From: a virus
Taxonomy: Duplodnaviria > Caudoviricetes
Reading direction: 5' to 3' (one strand)
Length of the DNA stretch: 25,814 bases
Virus record (IMG/VR): IMGVR_UViG_3300043416_000038
Location: 1-25,814 of that record
Shown here piece after piece: positions 8,701 to 16,743 of this stretch (within the stretch, counting starts at the first letter, position 1; the number at the start of each line of letters is the position of its first letter). Position numbers and translations under genes: made by a program. Under the pieces are notes generated by a model. That model saw only the letters and a program-made list of their open reading frames with translations. It did no database searches and was not told the DNA's origin.

Positions 8701-10103
8701 ATGTTTTAGCTACACAATATGATTGGGGATATGCACCTGCTATAACTTTCCATTGGGGTAATAGATTTGTTAAAAAATTCGGAGCTCGTAGCGATGGTCA
8801 GTTTGCTGTAGATGATGTGCCTATTGTTCTTGCTAATGGAGGTACGTGGTCAATTAATATAGCAGGTAATGCAACTACAGTAGGTAATGCAAGTGTAAAT
8901 ACTCTTAGAGGAAATGTAGGAGCAAATCCAGTAAACTTTACGGTTGGTGGAGATGCTAACACATATTATCCAGTTCAAATTAGTCCTGGAGGGCAGTATG
9001 GTTTTAATAGATATTCTATATATAGAGGATATAGTGAAGCAGCTCCTTGGGATCCAATTGGAACTGGAGTACACAAAGGAGGGTTAACTTTTACATTTGA
9101 TTGGTCAAGTGATATTGCTTGGGGAGGTAATGACCAGTCTTATAGAGTTATGCAGTTCAATGAAACCTATACAACAATGGTAGCTGGTATGACAAATCCT
9201 GTTACTGGAGGTATGATAGTATGGCTAAGAGGAGGTGGAGCTGCGTATCATTTACAAGGTCCAAATGGTATAAATCATGATGTAACCGTTTATTATAGCG
9301 GCTATACTGCTGCAAATGGAAGTTTTTTTGGAGTAAGAACTAACCTTACAAATGTAGCTGGAGAAATAATGTCTAAATATCCTATAAGGGATCATGGAGA
9401 TGGTCAAATGTTTGTAAATAATAGTAAAGTGTTATATGAAGGGTCTTGGATAAATAGTAAATATTTTGGTACAGACGGTAACATATATGCAGCTAAATTC
9501 TCAGATTCAGACGACGGAAGTTATTATGTTGAACCAGCCGCTTCAAGTATTTTATATAATTTAACATTAAATGGAGCTAAACATACTTATCTACATATAA
9601 ATCCAGGAAATGGATACGAAGCAATGGTTAGGTATGATGGAGGTTCTGGTAATACTTGGTATGTTGGTAAAAGAACAACAAGCACTACTCAGGTTGGAAC
9701 AGAAGGATTTCATTTTTATTCAACTGCTGCTGGAGATACTGTTGCGGGTATAGACACTGCTGGTACATTTAAAACAAAAGGTGATGTTGTCGCGTATTCT
9801 TCTTCTGATAGAGAATTAAAAGATAATATATCACCAATACAAAATGCTTTACAAAAAGTAAAACAAATTGGAGGGTACGAATTTGATTGGAATGACAAGC
9901 AGACAACTTACGAAGGTCATGATATTGGAATTATTGCTCAAGAAATTGAAGCGGTATTGCCAGAAGTTGTTACAACAAGAGATACAGGATTTAAAGCTGT
10001 TAAATACGAAAAAATAGTACCTTTACTTATTGAAGCAATCAAAGAGCAACAAACACAAATAGAAGAATTAAAAGAATTAGTAAACAAATTAATAAATAAA
10101 TAA
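5799..10103 (+). CDS. Long tail fibre with C-terminal intramolecular chaperone (peptidase S74)
   Basis: 1434 aa, G/N/T/S-rich and modular. The C-terminus YSSSDRELKDNI...Y.FDW...DIGIIAQEIEAVLPEVV...AVKYEKIVPLLIEAIKEQQ is the S74 autocleaving chaperone followed by a coiled coil. Confidence 0.9.
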   Translation: MSQKIKTSVEIDGSLKASQIENATVDTDKFLVSDGGTVKYRTGAEMLSDLGVVAGTANHVQHQVKAGVAISKGQAVYVTSDDGTNMIVGLASNDSEATSSKTMGLLNATVLPNGFADVITEGLLSGLNTSAAVVGNPVWLGVNGNLIYGLANKPYAPNHLVFIGIVTRVNNNNGEIFVKVQNGFELNEIHDVDLYTTTPTGGNILAFEGAPVNLWRNKTIPSVLGYTPVSQARTLTINGTTFDLSADRSWTIASGVTSFNTRTGAITLTSGDVTGALGYTPYNATNPNGYISSYTETDPTVPSHVKSITTTEKSNWDTAYGWGNHASAGYALNNHTHIISAIAESSVSPSGISIQAGPGGSNTQGWTYPYGTKLSAITGAGRSFEIMSTTYPDGQLVLRTLGSGGTWDSWKTILDTSNYSTYAVPLSRTITINGTSYDLSANRSWTVTANETDTLSTVTGRGNTTTSNISANGVRIGRNFGLANRATVRLDSNGDYPADVLFGRDVNYADSSWNGVYWSLSSRGSNESNSFRLYRGIANTGTTELVVLDVSTGGSVVASGDFRAPMFYDSNNTGYYLDPNGGSNLNNVTANEFYSNGWFRNNTNNTGLYNQANANHFYSRGASRWGITGNSTGSDIYLDFYGNHQTTYRGSVHADTNSSIGFLTNDGGWGLRIETNKNAHFHGNTVYIGADGQSSSNIIMRDGDHGDRQIHCNSNRVGFLNQSGGWGSWCEDNGNWISDTSIQSPIFYDYNDTTYYVNPDSTSVISTLKTARGIKDTSNVRILMPEGGSYVTTASTITGAIRILLPTQGSAMMMTCTVKVYEYSTNKSFTITFGGHRNSANWHNEFCYMDGGENRNNLTVRFGLDSGKDCVYIGETDTVWSYPQVFVTDVELGYTGYNTTWESGWSVGFVTSFPDVRRTQTAYRKLTTSNYSSYALPLSGGAMTGQIYAPSFGTGVYDGAIQIRETGYVLATQYDWGYAPAITFHWGNRFVKKFGARSDGQFAVDDVPIVLANGGTWSINIAGNATTVGNASVNTLRGNVGANPVNFTVGGDANTYYPVQISPGGQYGFNRYSIYRGYSEAAPWDPIGTGVHKGGLTFTFDWSSDIAWGGNDQSYRVMQFNETYTTMVAGMTNPVTGGMIVWLRGGGAAYHLQGPNGINHDVTVYYSGYTAANGSFFGVRTNLTNVAGEIMSKYPIRDHGDGQMFVNNSKVLYEGSWINSKYFGTDGNIYAAKFSDSDDGSYYVEPAASSILYNLTLNGAKHTYLHINPGNGYEAMVRYDGGSGNTWYVGKRTTSTTQVGTEGFHFYSTAAGDTVAGIDTAGTFKTKGDVVAYSSSDRELKDNISPIQNALQKVKQIGGYEFDWNDKQTTYEGHDIGIIAQEIEAVLPEVVTTRDTGFKAVKYEKIVPLLIEAIKEQQTQIEELKELVNKLINK

Positions 10104-10105
10104 TA

Positions 10106-10489
10106 ATGGCAATTACCTACACATTTTTAACAGACAACACAATGAAGCTGGAAATAGCTCCAGAATTAAATGGATTAGAAAAAGTAATTACTAGAGTAAG
10201 ATACAACTATGTTGGTGTAGATGAAAATGGTAATGAAGGAACATTTGCTGGAGTAACACCAATGGCTGCTCCAAATTCAGAAGGTTATAAACCTTTTTCA
10301 GAACTAACACCAGAAGATATAATATCTTGGTTAGAAGCTAAAGCTGATTTGGCTCACATGCAAGAAAGAATTTTAAAACAAATTGAAACTAAAATTACAC
10401 CTAAGTATGTTGAGACAGCTGCTCCTTGGGCTCCAGTTGAAGATATCGATGAATTAGCTGTAGAACCAGCTGTAGAACCAGAGGTATAA
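10106..10489 (+). CDS. Acidic hypothetical protein, possible fibre assembly/accessory factor
   Basis: Directly after the fibre gene; contains the motif PFSELTPEDIISW. Confidence 0.65.
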   Translation: MAITYTFLTDNTMKLEIAPELNGLEKVITRVRYNYVGVDENGNEGTFAGVTPMAAPNSEGYKPFSELTPEDIISWLEAKADLAHMQERILKQIETKITPKYVETAAPWAPVEDIDELAVEPAVEPEV

Positions 10490-10490
10490 T

Positions 10491-11306
10491 ATGACAATGC
10501 CAGCATCAAGTACTATTAGAATGTCTCAAATCAATACTGAGTTGGGACGTTCTAGTACAGCATTAATATCGCTAGATACTGCAGAGAACGGTGGATATGC
10601 TGCTATAAATCAAGCAAGTGTAAGTAGACCAAGCTCTAGTAATCCAGCTTCGCTTTCTGAATGGTATAATTATAATCACAATGCAACTGTATTGCAATAT
10701 ACATATACATTATATTATGGATCAGGAAATACGAGTAGTGGATTGTTTGGATTTACAACTAGTTCAGCAGCGTGCTCTTCGACATCTCCGTCTGTAACAG
10801 TTTACTCTAGTTCTAGCACTATAGCTCCAAATATGTATTTGTATTCTGATCAATACGGCAATATGCCAGCATGGTCGACATCTTATAATACAGGAACTCC
10901 TTATTTTAAACTAAATAGTTCTTTAATAAGAATGCAAGTTAATGACCTTGAAATACAAGTAGGTTATGGAGTATATGATGTATCAACATGTGTTGCTCCT
11001 TCTGTAGTTTTCAATAATACTTATTACTGGAGTTACACATCGTTTGGTCAAAGTGCTTCAGGAACTGTTACAATAACAGGTGCCGCTGCAACCTTCTACG
11101 CAAGAGGTGTTGTAATAAATAGTGGATCAGCAGTAGTTACAAATATAACTATAAATGGAATTTCAAGAAGTACAAGTAGATTTAGCACACCAGGTACAAA
11201 TGACTCAACAGGATTTACATTATCTCCTGGAACATACTCATATTCTGCTACTATATCATTACCACAAGCTGGAGCTATTGGTGGAGGGATCGTTTGGACA
11301 CAATAA
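10491..11306 (+). CDS. Putative tail-tip/receptor-binding accessory protein
   Basis: The N-terminal MTMPASSTIRMSQINTELG motif is typical of genes following S74 fibres. The remainder is S/T/Y-rich beta sequence. Confidence 0.6.
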   Translation: MTMPASSTIRMSQINTELGRSSTALISLDTAENGGYAAINQASVSRPSSSNPASLSEWYNYNHNATVLQYTYTLYYGSGNTSSGLFGFTTSSAACSSTSPSVTVYSSSSTIAPNMYLYSDQYGNMPAWSTSYNTGTPYFKLNSSLIRMQVNDLEIQVGYGVYDVSTCVAPSVVFNNTYYWSYTSFGQSASGTVTITGAAATFYARGVVINSGSAVVTNITINGISRSTSRFSTPGTNDSTGFTLSPGTYSYSATISLPQAGAIGGGIVWTQ

Positions 11307-11325
11307 TAAATAAATAAATAAAAAA

Positions 11326-11568
11326 ATGGCTAAAATTAACGAAAAAAGCTTAGAAGCTTTAAATAACATAAGTATAGAAATGTCAACTAATATGGAAATT
11401 CCAGGCGCTACTATATCTTATCATTTAACTAATGATTCAAATGAATTACAAAATGTAATATCATTTGGTAGTTTTAATGTTGATGAAGATTTTTATAATA
11501 CATACGCTACAAATAAAGAATACATAATCAACTGGGTTGTAGAACAATTACAGTTAAATTTGATTTAA
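11326..11568 (+). CDS. Hypothetical protein
   Basis: 80-aa ORF with an A-rich initiation region, ending YIINWVVEQLQL. Confidence 0.7.
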   Translation: MAKINEKSLEALNNISIEMSTNMEIPGATISYHLTNDSNELQNVISFGSFNVDEDFYNTYATNKEYIINWVVEQLQLNLI

Positions 11569-11569
11569 A

Positions 11570-11707
11570 ATGGCAAAAGCAAAAAACGAATCTATTAAAT
11601 TAGAAAAGAAAAATATTAGCAGACCAGGAGTTCACTCTAAGTCAAAGACATCCTCTTTAAAGGACTCTAAAAATTACAAGAAATCATATAAAGGACAAGG
11701 AAGATAA
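11570..11707 (+). CDS. Small basic protein ending YKGQGR (not in ORF track)
   Basis: Hand translation: MAKAKNESIKLEKKNISRPGVHSKSKTSSLKDSKNYKKSYKGQGR (45 aa). TAATG-coupled to the holin. Confidence 0.8.
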   Translation: MAKAKNESIKLEKKNISRPGVHSKSKTSSLKDSKNYKKSYKGQGR

Positions 11708-12141
11708 TGAAATATATTAACTACATATTTGCGTCATTTATACTATTTTTTGTACCTATATACGGTTTGTTGATTTCTGTAGGTGCTTCTATAATACTAG
11801 ATACTGTAACTGGTGTTTATAAGAGTATAAGATTAGAAGGATGGAGAAGTATTAGAAGTAGAAAACTTTCTAATGTTATAAGCAAGATGGCTTTGTACGA
11901 AGTTTGTATTATACTTTTATTTGTGATAGACAAATATGTACTTAATGAATTTGTTAAACACGCTTTTGGGTTTGACTTTATGTTTACTAAGATTTGCGCC
12001 ATACTATTGATATTCACAGAATTGGTTTCTATAAAAGAAAACATAGAGGAGACTTTTAAGATAGATATTTGGAAATTACTTAAAGGAACTTTCAATAGAG
12101 CAAAGGAAATAAAATCGGATATAAACGAATTAACAAACTAA
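11707..12141 (+). CDS. Holin
   Basis: Three hydrophobic segments, a D(T)[13 protein letters not shown] motif, ELVSIKENI and a charged C-tail. Immediately upstream of the endolysin. Confidence 0.8.
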   Translation: MKYINYIFASFILFFVPIYGLLISVGASIILDTVTGVYKSIRLEGWRSIRSRKLSNVISKMALYEVCIILLFVIDKYVLNEFVKHAFGFDFMFTKICAILLIFTELVSIKENIEETFKIDIWKLLKGTFNRAKEIKSDINELTN

Positions 12142-12605
12142 TGACTACTCAACAAATAACTAAAAAATACGGAACTCCGAACGAGACTGGTAGTGGTTAT
12201 CTTGTAAAAATACAACTACCATATCCAATGAGGTTGGCTTGGGATACAGATACGGTAGTTAATACTATGATGTGTCACAAATTAGTATCTGCTAAATTTC
12301 TAGCTGTATTTAGTGAAATACACAGAGTTTACGGTTATGAAAAGATAAAAGAGTTAGGTATTGACTTATTCGGTGGTTGTTTTAACTATAGAAAAATGAG
12401 AGGTGGTAACTCTTGGTCGACACACTCTTGGGGTATAGCTATTGATTTAGATCCAGCTAGAAATCTTTTAAAAGAAACATCAAAGACTGCTAGATTTGCA
12501 AGACCAGAATACAAAACTATGATTGATATATTTTATAAACATGGTTTTGAATCTTTAGGAAGAGAGAAGAATTATGATTGGATGCACTTTCAAATAAAAG
12601 AATAA
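12141..12605 (+). CDS. Endolysin, M15-family zinc peptidase
   Basis: [17 protein letters not shown] (SxHxxGxAxD) and DWMHFQ zinc-ligand motifs. Confidence 0.9.
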   Translation: MTTQQITKKYGTPNETGSGYLVKIQLPYPMRLAWDTDTVVNTMMCHKLVSAKFLAVFSEIHRVYGYEKIKELGIDLFGGCFNYRKMRGGNSWSTHSWGIAIDLDPARNLLKETSKTARFARPEYKTMIDIFYKHGFESLGREKNYDWMHFQIKE

Positions 12606-13081
12606 TGAAAAAGATACTTATTATATTATTATTAATACTGAGTTCTTGTGCTGCAAGAAAAGTAGATGTTTCTAAAGAATCTATAAGTACAAAAGTAGAT
12701 AGCTCTTTAGTTGTAAAGGTAGATGGTACTTATGTAAAAGATAATAACGTATTTGTAAACGAGACTATTGAGGAGGTTGAGTATAAACCTTTAGATAGTT
12801 TAAAACCAATGGTTATAAACGGTAAGTCATACACAAACACAGTTATAAAGTCAAAGAAAAAAAGTTTAGTTAAAATAGATAAAACCAAAGCTATAGCTAA
12901 AGTATCTTCTTTAAAAAAGTTAAATGTAAAAAAAGAAGCTACTAAAAAAGTGTTTCTTAAAAAAGTTGATAAGAGAACAAACTATTGGATGTATCTTTGG
13001 TTTTTATTACCAGTTATTATTATATGGATAATAGATAAATACGGTAAGTTAGCATTTCCATTTACAAAGTTTTTTAAATAA
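12605..13081 (+). CDS. Lipoprotein with C-terminal TM helix, putative unimolecular spanin
   Basis: The true start is probably 12605 (TAATG coupling). [15 protein letters not shown] forms a lipobox signal peptide, and YWMYLWFLLPVIIIWII forms a C-terminal TM segment. Last gene of the lysis cassette. Confidence 0.7.
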   Translation: MKKILIILLLILSSCAARKVDVSKESISTKVDSSLVVKVDGTYVKDNNVFVNETIEEVEYKPLDSLKPMVINGKSYTNTVIKSKKKSLVKIDKTKAIAKVSSLKKLNVKKEATKKVFLKKVDKRTNYWMYLWFLLPVIIIWIIDKYGKLAFPFTKFFK

Positions 13082-13088
13082 AAATAAC

Positions 13089-13096
13089 TATATTTG
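13089..13096 (+). promoter_or_regulatory. Bacteroidota-type -7 promoter element (TATATTTG-CA)
   Basis: Intergenic TAnnTTTG 25 nt upstream of the ATG at 13122. Confidence 0.75.
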
Positions 13097-13121
13097 CATA
13101 TTAATTTAATTAAATACAAAC

Positions 13122-13400
13122 ATGAAAGACAAAAAAATTTCAGATATGATTGAAAATCGTATCACAGAACATCAATTAGGAAAGTTACGTAACTTTGAAG
13201 AATCATTTGCCAAAGGAAGAGACATGGTTGGAGGGATGACTCTTCAGTATGAGTTCCAAAAATCTTCTTTATTAGCTCAAATCGCAGAGTTGGACAAAGA
13301 CTTTCAAAAACTTAAGTCAGATTTAAAAGATCAATATGGAGATATTGATATAGATTTAAGCACTGGAGTATATACTCTGAAAGAAGTTACAGAAGAATAA
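13122..13400 (+). CDS. Hypothetical coiled-coil protein
   Basis: 92 aa, ending in L.DQYGDIDIDLSTG. Flanked by a promoter and a terminator. Confidence 0.8.
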   Translation: MKDKKISDMIENRITEHQLGKLRNFEESFAKGRDMVGGMTLQYEFQKSSLLAQIAELDKDFQKLKSDLKDQYGDIDIDLSTGVYTLKEVTEE

Positions 13401-13405
13401 AGAAT

Positions 13406-13429
13406 AAGCCATCCTAACCGATGGCTTTT
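13406..13429 (+). terminator. Intrinsic terminator (short U tract)
   Basis: AAGCCATC-ctaacc-GATGGCTTTT. Confidence 0.65.
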
Positions 13430-13442
13430 AAAATTTAATATA

Positions 13443-13658
13443 ATGCAAGAAATAAGAAAAGTCAGCATAGGAAATGACTACAAGAATTCTATGCACTACG
13501 TTGTTGGACAACCTGTGTTTGGCAACTATGTAATACATGTAATACAAAGAGTAGAAACTGGTGTTATTATATGGATAGAGAAAGATAAAGAGGTTCTTTG
13601 TTGGAAAGAAATAAACAACAATACTCCAATGGTATTAGAATTTAATATTAACTTCTAA
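13443..13658 (+). CDS. Hypothetical protein
   Basis: 71 aa (IRKVSIGNDYKNSMHYVVGQ), TAATG-coupled to the next gene. Confidence 0.75.
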   Translation: MQEIRKVSIGNDYKNSMHYVVGQPVFGNYVIHVIQRVETGVIIWIEKDKEVLCWKEINNNTPMVLEFNINF

Positions 13659-14233
13659 TGAGGTCTCCGTATAACTTTATAATATCTCCAATAGGGGATC
13701 AATATTCCAATACAAAGAATATAGGTGGTGTAGAGGTAACTTTTAATACTTCTTTAGATTTAGCTAAATATGTAAATAGAGTTGGAGTTGTTATTGAATT
13801 ACCAACTTACTACAAAGGAAATATAAAAGTAGGAGATGTTGTTGTTGTTCATCATAACATATTTAGAACTTATCATGATATGAAAGGTAGACAGACTAAA
13901 TCTCCAGAATTCTTTAGAGATGATTTGTATATTGTTAGTCCTGATAGGGTTTATCTTTATAAGTCAAACGGAATATGGAGGTCTAACTTAAACTACTGTT
14001 TTGTAAAACCAATTGCTAGAATACAAAATGAATTACTACACTCTACTGATAAAGAAGAGAAACATGTAGGAGTTGTTGTATATCCTAGTAGAAACCAAGA
14101 AGATAACTTAAATCTTAAGAGCGGTAGCTTTGTGGCTTTCACAAAGAACAGTGAATATGAGTTTGAAGTAGATGGTGAAAAGATTTACAGAATGTACGAT
14201 AGAGACGTTGTAATAGAATTAAATGAATTATGA
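13658..14233 (+). CDS. GroES-like co-chaperonin with two tandem Cpn10-like domains
   Basis: Both halves show the GroES pattern: FIISP...GVVIELP...IKVGDVVVV and CFVKP...GVVVY...LKSGSFVAF...EYEFEVDGEKIYRMYDRDVV. Confidence 0.65.
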   Translation: MRSPYNFIISPIGDQYSNTKNIGGVEVTFNTSLDLAKYVNRVGVVIELPTYYKGNIKVGDVVVVHHNIFRTYHDMKGRQTKSPEFFRDDLYIVSPDRVYLYKSNGIWRSNLNYCFVKPIARIQNELLHSTDKEEKHVGVVVYPSRNQEDNLNLKSGSFVAFTKNSEYEFEVDGEKIYRMYDRDVVIELNEL

Positions 14234-14523
14234 AACACGATCACGCACAACTAAAAGAAATGATCATAGAAGCCGCTTATAAGTCCGTTATAGAGCTTAT
14301 AAAAGTATTGGCTGATGAGATCATATCTGACGATACACTTGATGATATATCTGCTGACAAAATGAGGAATGCTGTTTTAGCAAAGAAAACTGCTTTAGAC
14401 GATGCGTTTTATATCTTATCAAAGATAGAGAGTGAAAAAAATATGCTTGAAGGTAATAAAGAAGAAGAAGTAGATGAAGTCAAATTCCAATCATTCGCAG
14501 AAAAAAGAAGTAAAGGAAGATAA
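14230..14523 (+). CDS. Putative terminase small subunit
   Basis: Helical 97-aa protein directly upstream of, and overlapping, the large terminase. Assigned by position only. Confidence 0.5.
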   Translation: MKHDHAQLKEMIIEAAYKSVIELIKVLADEIISDDTLDDISADKMRNAVLAKKTALDDAFYILSKIESEKNMLEGNKEEEVDEVKFQSFAEKRSKGR

Positions 14524-16741
14524 TAGTCTATTCAGAATTATTGATAAGATAGACTCAAAAGATATTGATAGATTAAACAAGAAGAAAGAATGGAAGTATG
14601 GGTACAACCCAGAATTCGATGTTGTTGTTATATCTAAAGATGGTACCATTGGAGAGGTTTATGAAATACAGGGATTACACGTAGCATTACCTTCTACTCC
14701 TAAAGGAGTGTATAAGAGAGATAGAAAGAAAGAGGAACAGTACTGGACTCCTTTTGAATATCCTAAAGAACTACAGAAAATAACGTCTGTATTCCAATGG
14801 AACGAATATCCGAATGAATTCAAAAATAAATACGTTGAGTATATAGAAAATGAATTTGATAGAAGAGATGAAGGATTCTGGTTTTACAATAATGGTAATC
14901 CAACGTATGTAACTGGTACTCACTACATGTACCTTCAATGGACAAAGATAGATGTTGGTCATGCTGAATTTAGAGAGGCTAACAGAATATTCTTTTTGTT
15001 TTGGGAGGCTTGTATTGCAGACGAAAGAAGTTATGGAATGTGCTATTTGAAGAATAGACGTTCTGGTTTCTCATTTATGTCTTCTGCTGAATTAGTAAAT
15101 ACAGCTACACTTGCACGTGATAGTCGTTTAGGTATTCTATCTAAGACTGGTAATGATGCCAAGAAGATGTTTACAGATAAAGTTGTCCCTATCTCTGGTA
15201 ACTATCCATTTTTCTTTAAACCAATCATGGATGGTATGGATAAACCTAAGACTGAATTAGCTTATCGTGTACCAGCTTCTAAGATAACAAAGAATAATAT
15301 GTCTTCTTTAAAGGATGATGTAGATGGTCTTGATACTACAATTGACTGGAAGAATACTGCTGATAATAGTTATGATGGGGAAAAGTTATTAAGACTAGTG
15401 CATGACGAGAGTGGTAAGTGGGAAGTTCCTAATAACATTCTTAACAACTGGAGGGTAACTAAAACTTGTTTGCGTTTAGGTAGAAGAATTATTGGTAAAT
15501 GTATGATGGGTTCTACATCAAACTCTATATCAAAAGGTGGTGGGAATTACAAATCATTATACAATGATTCAGACGTTACAAAAAGAAATGCAAATGGACA
15601 GACACTTAGTGGACTTTATGCTTTATTTATCCCAATGGAGTGGAATTTTGAAGGATACATTGATATATATGGTCAACCAGTTTTTAGAACGCCTGAGAAG
15701 CCAATTAGAGACATTCAGGGAGGCTTTATTTACACAGGTGTTATAGATTACTGGGAGAACGAAGTTAGTGCCTTAAAAAACAATTCTGACGCTTTAAATG
15801 AATTCTACAGACAATTTCCAAGAACAGAGAGTCATGCGTTTAGAGATGAAGCTAAAAACTCTTTGTATGATTTAGCTAAGATATACGAACAGATAGATTA
15901 TAATGATGGATTAGAGATAAATAGAATTGTAAATACTGGTAAGTTTGCTTGGAAGAATGGTATTAAAGATAGCGAGGTTATTTGGATTCCTAGTAAAGAT
16001 GGTAATTTCAAAGTTACTTGGTTCCCTAACAAAGATATGACCAATAAAATAGAGGTCAAGAACGGTAAGAAATATCCAGCGAATATACACGTAGGTGCTT
16101 TTGGATGTGATACTTACGATATATCTGGAGTAGTAGGTGGTGGCGGATCTAAAGGATCACTACATGGTTTGACTAAGTTCAATATGGATGATGCTCCTAG
16201 CAACTTTTTCTTTTTAGAATACATTGCTAGACCTAGAACATCAGAAGAATTTTACGAAGACTGTTTGATGGCTTGTGTTTTTTATGGTATGCCAATACTA
16301 ATTGAGAATAACAAGGTTGGTCAATTAAGATATTTTTACAATAGAGGATATACTGGATTTTGTTTAAGAAGACCCGATAAGCACAAAAATGATTTAAGTT
16401 CCTCTGAAAAAGAACTAGGAGGTATACCTTCATCAACTCAGGTAATTGAATTGCACGCAAATGCATTAGAAGCTTATATAGATCAATACGTTGGTATTGA
16501 TTATAGTGGTCAGTTTAGAGAGGCAGGAAAGATGGGTAATATGTTCTTTAATAGAACGTTATTAGATTGGGCAAACTACGATATAAGTAATAGAACTAAG
16601 TTTGATGCAACTATTAGCAGTGGTTTTGCTATAATGGCTAATCAAACGTATGTATCTAAGCCCATTAGAAATAATAAAGAAATATTGTTTAATTTTGCAA
16701 GATATTCCAATAAAGGATTACAAAGCGAATTACTAAAATAA
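14474..16741 (+). CDS. terL: Terminase large subunit
   Basis: Walker A-like KNRRSGFS, Walker B LVHDESGKW, coupling motif MMGSTSN, and RNase H-like nuclease residues FGCDTYD, LIENN, FDATISSG. Start codon uncertain. Confidence 0.9.
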   Translation: MKSNSNHSQKKEVKEDNSLFRIIDKIDSKDIDRLNKKKEWKYGYNPEFDVVVISKDGTIGEVYEIQGLHVALPSTPKGVYKRDRKKEEQYWTPFEYPKELQKITSVFQWNEYPNEFKNKYVEYIENEFDRRDEGFWFYNNGNPTYVTGTHYMYLQWTKIDVGHAEFREANRIFFLFWEACIADERSYGMCYLKNRRSGFSFMSSAELVNTATLARDSRLGILSKTGNDAKKMFTDKVVPISGNYPFFFKPIMDGMDKPKTELAYRVPASKITKNNMSSLKDDVDGLDTTIDWKNTADNSYDGEKLLRLVHDESGKWEVPNNILNNWRVTKTCLRLGRRIIGKCMMGSTSNSISKGGGNYKSLYNDSDVTKRNANGQTLSGLYALFIPMEWNFEGYIDIYGQPVFRTPEKPIRDIQGGFIYTGVIDYWENEVSALKNNSDALNEFYRQFPRTESHAFRDEAKNSLYDLAKIYEQIDYNDGLEINRIVNTGKFAWKNGIKDSEVIWIPSKDGNFKVTWFPNKDMTNKIEVKNGKKYPANIHVGAFGCDTYDISGVVGGGGSKGSLHGLTKFNMDDAPSNFFFLEYIARPRTSEEFYEDCLMACVFYGMPILIENNKVGQLRYFYNRGYTGFCLRRPDKHKNDLSSSEKELGGIPSSTQVIELHANALEAYIDQYVGIDYSGQFREAGKMGNMFFNRTLLDWANYDISNRTKFDATISSGFAIMANQTYVSKPIRNNKEILFNFARYSNKGLQSELLK

Positions 16742-16743
16742 AT

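Noticed and set aside
5799-11306. Diversity-generating retroelement acting on the fibre genes
   Set aside because: No reverse transcriptase and no near-identical repeat pair differing at adenines is visible in this window. The fibre repeats are diverged at the protein level.
12578-12604. Upstream start for the lipoprotein gene given in the ORF track
   Set aside because: ATG 12605 gives a canonical signal peptide and the TAATG coupling used throughout the cassette.
14497-14510. Programmed -1 frameshift fusing the small and large terminase at GAAAAAAG
   Set aside because: terL is in the +1 frame relative to the upstream gene, the heptamer is not correctly phased, and no stimulatory structure was seen.
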